Below the pieces are notes generated by a model. That model did no database searches and was not told the DNA's origin. It saw only the letters and a list, made by a program, of their open reading frames with translations. Shown here in pieces: positions 24,262 to 36,449 of a stretch of DNA of 64,000 nucleotides (the stretch's first letter is position 1; each line of letters starts with the position of its first letter). Position numbers and translations under genes: made by a program. Source of the DNA: Candidatus Mycoplasma liparidae (lineage in GTDB: Bacteria; Bacillota_I; Bacilli_A; Mycoplasmatales; Mycoplasmoidaceae); NCBI GenBank assembly GCA_009884515.1, contig RHHX01000001.1, forward strand, positions 254,956 through 318,955, written 5' to 3'.

Positions 24262-25645
24262 TTAATAAGAAGGATTATTTGTAATATATTCTCGTTTAAC
24301 TATTTTTCTGATTTCAGTTATTTCTTTTTGGGTTATTTCATTATTTAGAACTTTATAATTGTTTAAAGATTTATTAAAATCTTCGATTGTATATTCTCAA
24401 GCTTTATATTTATCTCATTTTTTGTAATTATTATGATTTTCAATTTGACACATAATTCTTAGTAAATTAGTTTTAAAATTTTCTTCTTGATACCATTCAT
24501 CAATTTGTTTTCATCTGATATCATATAGGGCTTCAAATGACTCATCAGATTTAATTCTAATACCCATATCTATTATTACCTTATACATTCCTGTATTAAT
24601 AATATGGAACTTATATAATTTAGGTAAATAATCATGAAGTTTTTCATAACGGTTCATTAATTCATATTTGCTAACTTCTGTTTTGTTCTTTTTTAATACT
24701 TGAATTTTTCTGTTTTCTATTGCTGAACCATAAGGGCATGATATGCAACCAAGTCTTTTAAATCTTAAATTTTGTTTGTCTAAATCCAAATTATGATCAA
24801 AATTATAAGCTTCGTTAATTTCTAATCTTTTTAGTTTTATATATCTTCAAACATCTTTCTCATTTCAAATAGATAATGGCCTACTCATAGGTTTTTTATT
24901 ATTAAAAATATTACATCCACTATCAATTCATGATTTTTTTCTCATTATTGATTCACCTGCCATGGTTCCAATAAAACTAGGACGATTATCTTTTTTTAAC
25001 CCACCTTTTATATAAGTACAACATTTTTCTGAAAAAGGTATAAGAACCAGATAAGGTGTTTTTTGGGGAATAATCCTGATATTTAGCTGGAATTTCAGGA
25101 AATTTCGACATTTTATCATCAAGTAAAAATAATTGTGCCTTACTTAATTTAAAATATGTTGTACTTTCAATATTAAAAATTCAGCTGCTTAAACCTGTTT
25201 TGCTTTTAGAATTTTTTACCCTATTAAGTAAAACAGATGTTTGTTTTGAAAATATTGGATAGCCCTTTTCATCAAGAATTTGATTTCAGGGCATTTTAGG
25301 AGGTTTTATTAATAATTCTTTTATGTATTCATTTTTTTCTCGATATTTTTCACAAGTGTCTTTAATAAACTTTAAAGTTGATGGAAAGGTAATTTCAACT
25401 GCATAAGCAGGTATTAAATATATTTTTGATTTTAATTCTTTATGAACTTCATTAACAAGATGAAACAAAATACTAGAATCCTTACCGCCACTAAAGGAAA
25501 TAGTTATTTCTTCATATTTATTTTTTTCAGCTCATTCAATAAATTCTTTTATTTTCTTTTTTGCTCAAATAATTTTATCATTTAATGGCATATATTTATT
25601 AAGTTCACTAAAATGAATTTTTCTATTTTCGCTACTATCAATCAT
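24262..25645 (-). pseudogene. PAPS-reductase-like PP-loop ATPase gene interrupted by one frameshift
   Basis: The N-terminal frame (ATG 25645) carries ITISFSGGKDSSILF and ends at TAA 24986-24988. The C-terminal frame opens at 25143, carries IPFSEKCCTYIKG, IGTMAGES and RLGCISCPYGS, and ends at TAA 24262-24264. Confidence 0.75.
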
Positions 25646-25676
25646 AAAAAATATTATATTTGTAGATCATAAAATA

Positions 25677-25700
25677 AAAAGCAACTTTAGTTGCTTTTTA
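25677..25700 (-). terminator. Hairpin overlapping the stop of the PD-(D/E)XK gene
   Basis: The stem is aaaaagcaac / gttgcttttt with a 4-nt loop. Confidence 0.55.
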
Positions 25701-26574
25701 CTGTTAAATAGTTTTTAAGTTCTTCTAATTTTTTTAATGATGAATCTGTTGCATTAATTGTAATACTAGCATCTTTCATTGCTCCTCATTTTTTAACTAT
25801 AATTTCAGGTAAATTTTCATCAATAAATAGATGAACTCGAATATTTTCTAAATCTACTGTATATGTATTTAAAATATCATTTTCAGAATTTGCATTTATA
25901 TCAATTCATTTTTTCTTTTTTGTTTTTAATAAATCAGGAAGCGGTTCTAATAAATCATATAAGTCTAATATAGTCTTTGCATCCCTAATGCAAATAAATT
26001 TAACTATGATTATTTTTTTATTTTTTGCTTCTTCTAATTGTCTTATGCTAATAATAAATTCATTATTTTTTTTAGTTGCAGCTTTTACTTCTAAAAAAGT
26101 ATCACCATACTTAAAATCATATAATTCTTCATCTATTAAACGCAAATTATTTTTGAAATCTATATCTAGAATATTTTTACCTTCTATCATAAATAAAGCT
26201 TCAGCTATATCACCATAAATCCTTTTTCTAATATCTTTTATAAATTTTGATTTTGAAAAATATTCAATTATTTTTTCGAAAGCAGATTGGATTGATTTAT
26301 TTTCGTTTAATAATATTTTATTGATTTCTGTACAAACTTCCTCTAAAAAATCAAGATCAAATACTTTTTTATTAAAAGAAAAGTAATGGGCAGAAATATT
26401 TTTATTAATTTTATTATTAAATATTTTATATTCACCTTTGTATTTAATATGGTCATACTTTATTTTTTCAAGATCACCTAAATGCAGATTATTGTAATCT
26501 ATATTTGAAATAAATAATCCATAATTATCATTGTTATTTATTATATCTATTATTCAATTATTTTGATTTTCCAT
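25687..26574 (-). CDS. PD-(D/E)XK motif protein (nuclease-fold candidate), third gene of the operon
   Basis: The frame was checked as open (295 aa). Motifs are RIYGDIAEALFMIEG, then LYDFKYGDTFLEVKAATKK. The ATG at 26572-26574 overlaps the Z1 gene's 3' end by 17 nt. Confidence 0.7.
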
Positions 26575-27958
26575 AGTTTGTGCCCCTAACTAAATCTAAT
26601 TCTTTATCTATTTTTCTTAATTCTGGCTCGATAAGGGAAATATTTTGAATTTCTCCTTCTTTAAAAAGATTAATATATCTTTCACAATTTTCAAGAGCAT
26701 TAAATGTTTTTTCATCCATTAATATTTTCATATGTTTTACTCGATATTCTTTTCTATACCCAAACCATCTACATCTTTGTAATAAAGTATCAACAGTGAT
26801 AATTTCATTTGGAGTGTTCAGGAATAATTCAACCATTAAATTTTCAAATGTATTACCTCTTGAAAGTAAGTGTCCACCAATAATTATTTTGTATGTTTTA
26901 TTTTCTATTCCTTTTTCTTGATTAATATTTTCGGAATTTAGAATTATTATTTCTATTCCGTCGGTATATTTTTTAACAAATTCAATGAATTTATCTTTTT
27001 CAATTGATGTTTTTTCAAAATACTTATTATAAAAAAAATCATAATTATCTTTCATTGATCTGATTATTTTCGAGCAACTTCTTGCTATTTCTTCATGCTT
27101 TGATGTTTCTAAAAATCAATTAATTAATAAATCAGAATCAATATTTTTTACTTCAAAACTATCTTTTTGTTCAAAATATAAATTATATGAAGCAATAAAA
27201 TGTGTAATTATAGATTTTCTTAATTTTGCATGTTGAATATCTTCGCCAGTTTCTATATCATCTTCTAAATTAGTGATATATATTTCTTCTTTTTTTTCAT
27301 TAAAATATTTTCAACCAGTATAACCATCTCCTGGTTTTCACGAAAATATTTTTCTAGCTTTTAAAGAAATAGAACTACTACTTAAAATATTACCATATGG
27401 TGTTGCAGTAACTTTTAATAGTTTTGAATTATAAAATCTTTCAAATATTTCTTTAATTGCTACATATAATGCACTAGGATTACTTTCTGATTTTTCTATA
27501 TTAATTGAACCAAAATCAGATTCATCATCAATTATTAAAACTTTTTTATCTCTTAAATCAATATCATCAAAAATATTTTTTCTAAGATTATCAATAGTTT
27601 TTGCATTTTTAATGATATTGAACAATGATGGTATATTTTTATTGAATGATTTTTCAGAATCTTTTATAATTTGTATTTGCAATTTTCCTGATGTTGTAAA
27701 TTCTATTAATTCTTTTTCTAATCTTGTTTGTGTCTGATTAAGTAAAGAATTAGTATTTCCTCCAAAAATAATAATATAGTTATATTTTAAGTCAATAGCT
27801 GTTTTAATTATTTCTAATATTTTTCTTGTTTTTCCAGATTGAACTTGTGCGATACATAAAACAATTTCATCTTTATCTGATTCTAAAATATTCCGAAAAT
27901 TATATTCTTTGTTTGTGAATATTTCTTTATTTTTTATTTTTTGACCAAGTTCTCACAT
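26558..27958 (-). CDS. Z1-domain protein with an N-terminal P-loop NTPase module
   Basis: The frame was checked as open (466 aa). Walker A is AQVQSGKTRK and Walker B-like is VLIIDDESDFGS. The Z1 hallmark is IIGGHLLSRGNTFENL...VDTLLQRCRWFGYRKEY. Confidence 0.8.
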
Positions 27959-27969
27959 TTTATCACCCA

Positions 27970-29742
27970 CTATATTTTTTTACAATATGAAACAACATCA
28001 TTAAATGTTGTTATAAAATCTTTTTTAACCATATCATTTATTGTGTTAACTTCATTTGAAATTATCATAATAATAATAATTGGATAAATAATTTTTCCTC
28101 TTATGTTAGTATCCCCATTTATTAAAAGAGGTTTTCAAAAGGAGTGATCATTATTAAAAAAAACTTCAATTCTTTTTTCATCTTGGTTTCTTTTAATTTT
28201 TATTAAATCAGAACCTAATTTATTACTTTCATATATTCTTGCTTCATATTCAGTATCATAAATAAAAAACTTGAAAAAATTATCTCCATTTTCATCCTTA
28301 TTAATTGAACAATTAATATTAGATAAATGATTAGATACAATATTTTTAATAGTTTTTAATTCATCACTATCAACCTTCTCATTTTTTTGATATTTAGTTA
28401 GTTCTACAATATGTTTTATTATTCCTCATAAAGATCTATATAAAAATTTAGTTTGTTCTTGAAGGACTAAATCCGAACTTTTGTCTTTTTCTTCATCATA
28501 TGATCAATCAAATTTAGATTTATTTTTATCAGGACTTTCAATACCAGTTAAATTTATTTCACCATACATTCACCTATAAGTTGGATCAGCTTTTGATTCT
28601 GTAAACATAAGATTACTACATTGTTCACCCTCATTTGGTCCATGATTTATTGCTCTGTCAATATGATATGTAGTCAATCCGGTATATTTTTGTTTGGAAA
28701 AACTATTTTTATCATTTTGAAAATCACCACCTAATATACCAAATGAAATTTTAGTTTCATTTCTATTAAGACGTATTTCTCTTTCAAAAAATAGGTCTTT
28801 CGCACCTAGAAATTTTTCATATGATTCTATTCTTAAATCTAAAAAAGCATTAATGTAGTTAATTGAAGGAAGAACTAATGTTTCGCCTCTTTCACTACAA
28901 TAATTCTTTATTTTTTCTTGTTTTTCGTCATCATTTAAATAATTAATTTCCTCTAATTTTATTAATTCTTTTTTAATTTCTAATTTTATTTCATTAATTT
29001 TATCATCAGATATTTGTTTACTTTTTCCCTTTTGATAATTTATGAATTGACTAAAATTAAACGGAATATTTTTGAATTCTTGAATAAAAACTTTTCCATT
29101 TAAACCACTCCTTTCATCAGCTGCAATGTATGAGAGAGATATTTTTAATCCTCTTTTAATTAATTTAGAATATCTTTGTCCTAATGCATTTTTTATTTCT
29201 GTAAGTCTTGCCTTATTTATTTTTCTATCTCTATAAATATTAGAAATGATAATTTTTGTTCCTGATTCCGAATCAGGAAAAATATTTTCATTTGTTTCTA
29301 CTGCTTGTAATTCTATTGCTTTTGATTTATTTTTTGTTTTTGTTTCAAAATCAATACAATATGTTTTTTCGTCTTTCTTTTTACTATAAACTAAACCATC
29401 TTCTCCAAATCAAAAAATGCCTAATTTCATTCCTATTCCATATTGATTGTAGTCATTATTTGTTTTTCCTTCTCTACTATTAGGTTGCATAGCATTTAAT
29501 AATTCAAGCATATCCATACCATTAGCATTATCACTAATAGTAATCTTTTTGTTTTTAACATCACTATAGTCAATCTCGATATTAATTATTAAACCATCTA
29601 TAGGATTATCAGGATTTTTATTTTTATATGAAGAAACAGAATTGTCAATAAATTCTGATAAAGCTAATCAATGAGTTGTTCTTTCATTTTGATAACCTCT
29701 TATTAATTCATATGTTGCTACAAGTTTTATTGTATTATCCAT
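27970..29742 (-). CDS. GHKL (HATPase_c_3 / MORC-like) ATPase, first gene of the operon
   Basis: The 590-aa frame was checked triplet by triplet and has no TAA or TAG. It is missing from the track because six TGA codons and a scarcity of in-frame start codons break it up. N box is LSEFIDNSVSS, G1 is ITISDNANGMD, and G2 is NQYGIGMKLG. Confidence 0.8.
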
Positions 29743-29803
29743 GCATGTATTCCTTCATTTTTGATCTATAAAATTATATTGAACATTCTTAAATATTAAA
29801 ACC

Positions 29804-29816
29804 AACAATAGTTGTT
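29804..29816. promoter_or_regulatory. Short inverted repeat (aacaa-tag-ttgtt) in the divergent intergenic region; operator candidate
   Basis: It lies between the GHKL-operon start (29742) and the XRE gene start (29855). It is short and could be chance. Confidence 0.2.
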
Positions 29817-29854
29817 CTATAATTATGATTATAAGTAGAAAAATAGAGAATGAG

Positions 29855-30193
29855 ATGGACAAAAATGAAAACAAATCAAAACCCAACGGGGGGGGGGGAG
29901 ACAGTTATAAGCAATATGTTCCTAATATCAAATTATTCATTACTGAATTAAGAAATAAACTACTGAAAATAACTATTGAACAGTTTATTTTCCAAATGGG
30001 CTGAAATAATGTGCAATATTATCAAAAAATAGTTAATGGTTATTATGATAAAAATCATGAAAAAAAATACAGTATTCCAACAATAGATATATTATTTGGA
30101 GGAATTAGTCACGCTATTTATAATTTTGATAATTGAAAAAATAAAGAAAATGAAATTAATGATTTAATAATAGAATTTTTTAAAAATTGATAG
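29855..30193 (+). CDS. XRE-family helix-turn-helix regulator containing a poly-G tract
   Basis: The product is MDKNENKSKPNGGGGDSYKQY..., with an HTH-like ITIEQFIFQMGWNNVQYYQKIVNG. It is in frame with the current G11 tract and ends at TAG 30191-30193 (112 aa). Confidence 0.65.
29888..29898 (+). repeat. Homopolymeric G11 tract (coding, codons 12-15 of the XRE gene)
   Basis: Direct count gives G at 29888-29898. This is the longest G/C run in the window. Confidence 0.95.
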
Positions 30194-30232
30194 AAAAATA
30201 ATCCTATTGATTTTTCAAAAGACAACTATAGT

Positions 30233-30240
30233 TGTATAAT
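30233..30240 (+). promoter_or_regulatory. Extended -10 element TGTATAAT, 8 nt upstream of the HNH gene ATG (near-leaderless mRNA)
   Basis: This is a sequence match only. No clear -35 or SD sequence was seen. Confidence 0.3.
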
Positions 30241-30248
30241 AAATCAAT

Positions 30249-31194
30249 ATGATTAATACGATTGAATGAGAAAAATTTTTAAAAAATATTAACAAAAAAG
30301 CAATATTAAATAGTAAAGAATACAAATGGTTAAAATATCCATATAAACCAGCATTATTATTATCAATAATTGATAGTGTTGAGAGTGGAAAACTGTTCAA
30401 TCAGGATATTGATTTAAATAATTTGAATATTATTAAAAAATATTATGAATATATTACATATAATTATGAATTTTGAAGTTATATTACAAAAAATGAAAAA
30501 TCAAAAAAAGTTTGAGATACCGGGATTAAAAACATTACAGTTCAAAAGCAAGTATTAAGAAATATTTGTGAAATGCCAGCTTCTAAATTGATGACTAATA
30601 ATTCTATTTTTCAATTTGATAATGAAAGCAAGAAAATAAGAATAAATTTATCTATCAATTCAGATGAAATTGAAGAATATAGAAAAGAATTAATTAATGT
30701 TTGTATTTATTCATTAAGAGATAGCAATAAAAATGCTTATGAATGATTAGAAGAAAATAACTATAGTCAATTTAAAGAATATGTTTATGAAAAAATATAT
30801 AGAAAAACTTTGACGTTTTCAAAAAGTAGAGGATATTTGCAACATGTTTTTGCTACTAGTGTTAAAGATAGAGATGGTAAATGCATTGTATGTTGTATTA
30901 ATAGACCGGAATTATTACAAGCATGTCATATCAAACCTTTTTCACAATGTTCTAATCAAATAGAACAAACTGATGCTAATAATGGGATAACTTTGTGTGC
31001 AAATCATCATAAATTATTTGATGTTGGTTTGTTTACATTTGATGAAAAATGAAATATAAAAACTAATAATAAAAAATTATTAGATGATGATATTGATCTT
31101 TTTTTTAAACAATATGAATTTTGTTATTCAAATATTAAAAAAGAATTTGGATTTTTAAATACTTATTTAAAATTTCATAATGAAAAAATATATA

Positions 31195-31211
<17 letters not shown>
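30249..31211 (+). CDS. HNH nuclease (HNH_2-type C-terminal domain) with an uncharacterised N-terminal ~200 aa
   Basis: The frame is open with 6 TGA codons (320 aa). The C-terminal part reads LQACHIKPFSQCSNQIEQTDANNGITLCANHHKLFDVGLFTF, and the N-terminal part reads KYPYKPALLLSIIDSVESGKL. Confidence 0.75.
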
Positions 31212-32950
<1,739 letters not shown>

Positions 32951-32958
<8 letters not shown>

Positions 32959-34231
32959 TTTTATTACAACTTTCTAATTTTAAAAAATTATTAATTTCAT
33001 CAAAACTAATATGATGTTCGATTTTATCAATTTGACTCTTGATAATAACCTTATTATTTTTTATTTCTTCATCACCAATAATAATTATGTTTTTTGTTTT
33101 ATGTTTATCAACGAATTTAAAATGTGTTGATAATTTATATGTTTGATTATTAATGATCACTTTTATATTATCTTTTCTTAAAGTGTTAAGAATTTTCATT
33201 GCATGAATATGACTTTTCTCTGATAAAGGTAAAATAATTACATCATATGTAAAATCATCTAAAAAATCAGGATTTTCTTCAAGAGTTGATATTATCATTC
33301 TTTCAATACCAAGACCAAATCCAATTCCAATCACATCAGGTCCACCAGTTTGTTCTATTAATTTATTATAACGACCACCACCAATAATTGTTGACTGTCC
33401 TTTTAAAATTTTTGAATTTAAAATAAATTCAAAAATAACGCCATTATAATAATCCAATCCTCTAACAAGAATTGGATTTATAATATATTTAATATCCATA
33501 AAATCCATTATTTTTTGAAAATTTTGAAAATATGTTTTTTCTTCATTTGTTAAAAATACTTCAATTTTTGGTGCATTAATAACAAAATCCTTTGAACCAT
33601 CGACTTTATCATCCAAAATCCTTAAAGGATTGACATTAATTCTATTTTGAGAATCTTTAGATAACTTATCTTTATGCTCAAGAAAATAAGTATTTAAAGC
33701 TGCAGTTCATTTATTTCTAGATTCATCACTACCAATATTATTAATTTCTAATTTATAGTTAGTAATTTTTAATTTTCTTAAAATAGTAGTTGCCAATAAA
33801 ATAACATCAACTTCATCATATAAAGTTACATTACCAATGTATTCAACACCAAATTGATTAAATTGTCTTTGTCTTCCTGATTGAGGTCTTTCATATCTAA
33901 ACATTGGACCAATATAATAAACTTTTAAAAAGTTGCTCGTTTTTAAAAGTTTATTTTCAACAATTGCTCTAATAGTTCCAGCAGTACCTTCAGGTCTTAG
34001 AACTAAACTTCTTCCACCTTTATCAGTAAAATCATAAAATTCTTTAGTAACAATATCAGTTGTTTCACCAACTGATTTTATATATAAATCTTTTGATTCA
34101 AAAATAGGAGTTCTTATTTCATTAATATTGAATTCTTCAGCTGTTTCTTTAAAAATTCTTTCAATTTTGCTAAATATTTTAGCATCATTATCAATTAAAT
34201 CAACGGTTCCCCGAGGTCTTTTATAATCCAT
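32951..34231 (-). CDS. hisS: Histidyl-tRNA synthetase
   Basis: Motifs are LRPEGTAG and YYIGPMFRYERPQSGRQRQFNQFGVE. Start is at MDYKRPRGT. The gene overlaps the aspS start by 8 nt. Confidence 0.93.
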
Positions 34232-34248
34232 AAAATAATACTTTATCC

Positions 34249-36387
34249 CTAAATTAATTCTCAATCATCAATAGTATTTCTAAACATTAATTCATTCATT
34301 ATTTTGTCTAAATGTTTATAGTTTTTAACATATAATTCAATATTAATTATACAAGTTTTTTCTATTTTATTTTTATTTAGAAGAAAATAAGAAATATTAG
34401 CCCGATACTTAACAGTGATATTCATTATTTTTGAAGATAGTGAAGTTGATCAAGGAGAATATATTTTTATTTTTGCTTTAAAATAACGATCAGTTTTTTT
34501 AATGTTTGCGAAATTTCATTCAACAACAATTCGTTTTAATTCTTCATTATCTTTAATAGTTTTACAACCAAATCTGTGAATGTTTAAAGTTTTATTTTTC
34601 AAAATTCCCACAATATCTAAAGTAGGTATTTTACTACAACAGTTAGGGATTCCAATTCCATCATATTCAATATTATCAATTTCATTAAATAATGATTTTC
34701 TACGAGAAAAACGATAAGTTAAACTTTTAACTACTTGAACAATATTTTTATCTGGAATATTTGAAAAAATATTAGCAATATCTTCGATTTTAATTTCTTT
34801 AACAAGCTTAATAAAATCTTCAAGTTCTAATTGGTTGTATTCAAGTTTAATAGTTTCTAAAATATGTTCAATCATAATTGAAGAATCTTTAACAATTATT
34901 TCATCTAAGAATTTTTTAATATTTATTTTATCAATATTATCAATTTCTTTTAATTCATTTCTAATGATATTTTTAGTTGCTATTTTCTTTGTTAATTGTA
35001 GTCAATACTTGTTAATTGTTTTAAAATTTGAAAATTCAACTGAAATAATATCACCAGATTCAATAGTTGAGTCTCAAGACACTCTCTTATTATTAATAAA
35101 AAAGGCATTTAAATATGGAAATTTTTCTTTTAAAACTTTTGACACAAAATCAATCGCATTCGAGTTACTAATAATAGAAACCCATTTATTTTCATCTTTG
35201 AAAAAAACTTCAATAATTTTGTTTTTTGAAATTTCTTTAATAGCTAGTAATTTTTCATCTTGTCTAGTAGTACTATCACTTAAATAATCACTAATCATAT
35301 TTTGAATTAAACGTTCTGATTGTTCTTTTTCATGTGATTCTTTGTACTTTCAATGTCCAGCAATACCAAATTCATTTTTAATATCCATTTTTTTAGTTCT
35401 AATTTGGATTTCAATAGTTGAATCTTCATAAATAATAGTTGTATGTAAAGATTGATATAAGTTAGCTTTTGGATTAGAAATATAATCTTTTAAATTTGCC
35501 TTTATATGATAATAGTTTAAATGGATTAAACCTAAAACACTATAACAATCCATAATATCATCAACCATAATTCTAATACCAAATAGATCAGTGCAATTTA
35601 TTATATTAGTTTCAAATTCATTTTTTAAATAAGTAGAATAAACACCTTTAATTCTCTTTTTCATTTCATGATTAATAGAGTTGTTATTTAATAATGAAGC
35701 AATATCATTACTAATTGATTCGAATTTTTCACCCTTAGATGCTATTTCAGCATCAACAGTTTCAGTTAATTCTTTATATTCTTTTGGATGTAAAACTTTG
35801 AAACAAATATTTAACAATTCAGTTTTAATTCAAAATAAACCTAATCTTCCAGCAATATTAGCATAAATTTCAAGAGTTTCTTTTGCTATTACTCTTTGTT
35901 TTTCAGGTTTTAAATACTCAATAGTCTTCATATTATGTAACCGATCAGCTATTTTAATAATAATTGCTCTTAAATCAATTGAAATAGACATAAAAACTTG
36001 AATAATATAATCGTTCTTATCTTCAGATTTATAATCTTCATTGTCTCTGTTTGATTTAGAAATATCAGAAACTTTAGTAACCATTACTACAAGTCGAGTA
36101 ATATCATCACCAAATTTTTTTTTCATTAGTTCTTTAGTACAATCTGTATCTTCAATAACATCATGAAGAATAGCAGCACAAATTGTATTAATATCTAAAT
36201 ATAATTCAATTAAAATAACAGCAACAGCAATTGGATGAATTATATAAGGCTCACCAGATTTACGAAGTTGTTTACCATGTTTTTCATTAGCAAAATCAAT
36301 AGCTTTGTCTACTAATTCCCTTTCTGATTCTGAATAATCAAAGTCAGACATTTTTTTAAGTAAGTCATTTTTTTTCTTTTTAATCAT
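34249..36387 (-). CDS. relA: Bifunctional (p)ppGpp synthetase/hydrolase (RSH family)
   Basis: Four track ORFs share one frame (checked). The HD domain reads HPIAVAVIL...ILHDVIEDT, and the synthetase part reads FGIRIMVDD...YQSLHTTI. Stop is TAG 34249-34251, 17 nt before hisS. Confidence 0.9.
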
Positions 36388-36449
36388 TCAATTCTCATCT
36401 AGAAATTTTATTTAACAAAATTTTATATAATTATATATAATTAATTGAT

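Noticed and set aside
29804-29816. Treating aacaa-tag-ttgtt as an established operator
   Set aside because: A 5-bp-arm inverted repeat is expected by chance in AT-rich DNA. I kept it only as a low-confidence regulatory candidate.
29256-30400. Track ORFs 29256-29483 (+) and 30215-30400 (-)
   Set aside because: They lie opposite the verified GHKL ATPase frame and the HNH nuclease frame respectively. They are hydrophobic, low-complexity translations typical of antisense AT-rich DNA.
34835-35866. Plus-strand ORFs 34835-35287 and 35681-35866
   Set aside because: They are antisense to the verified relA/RSH frame.
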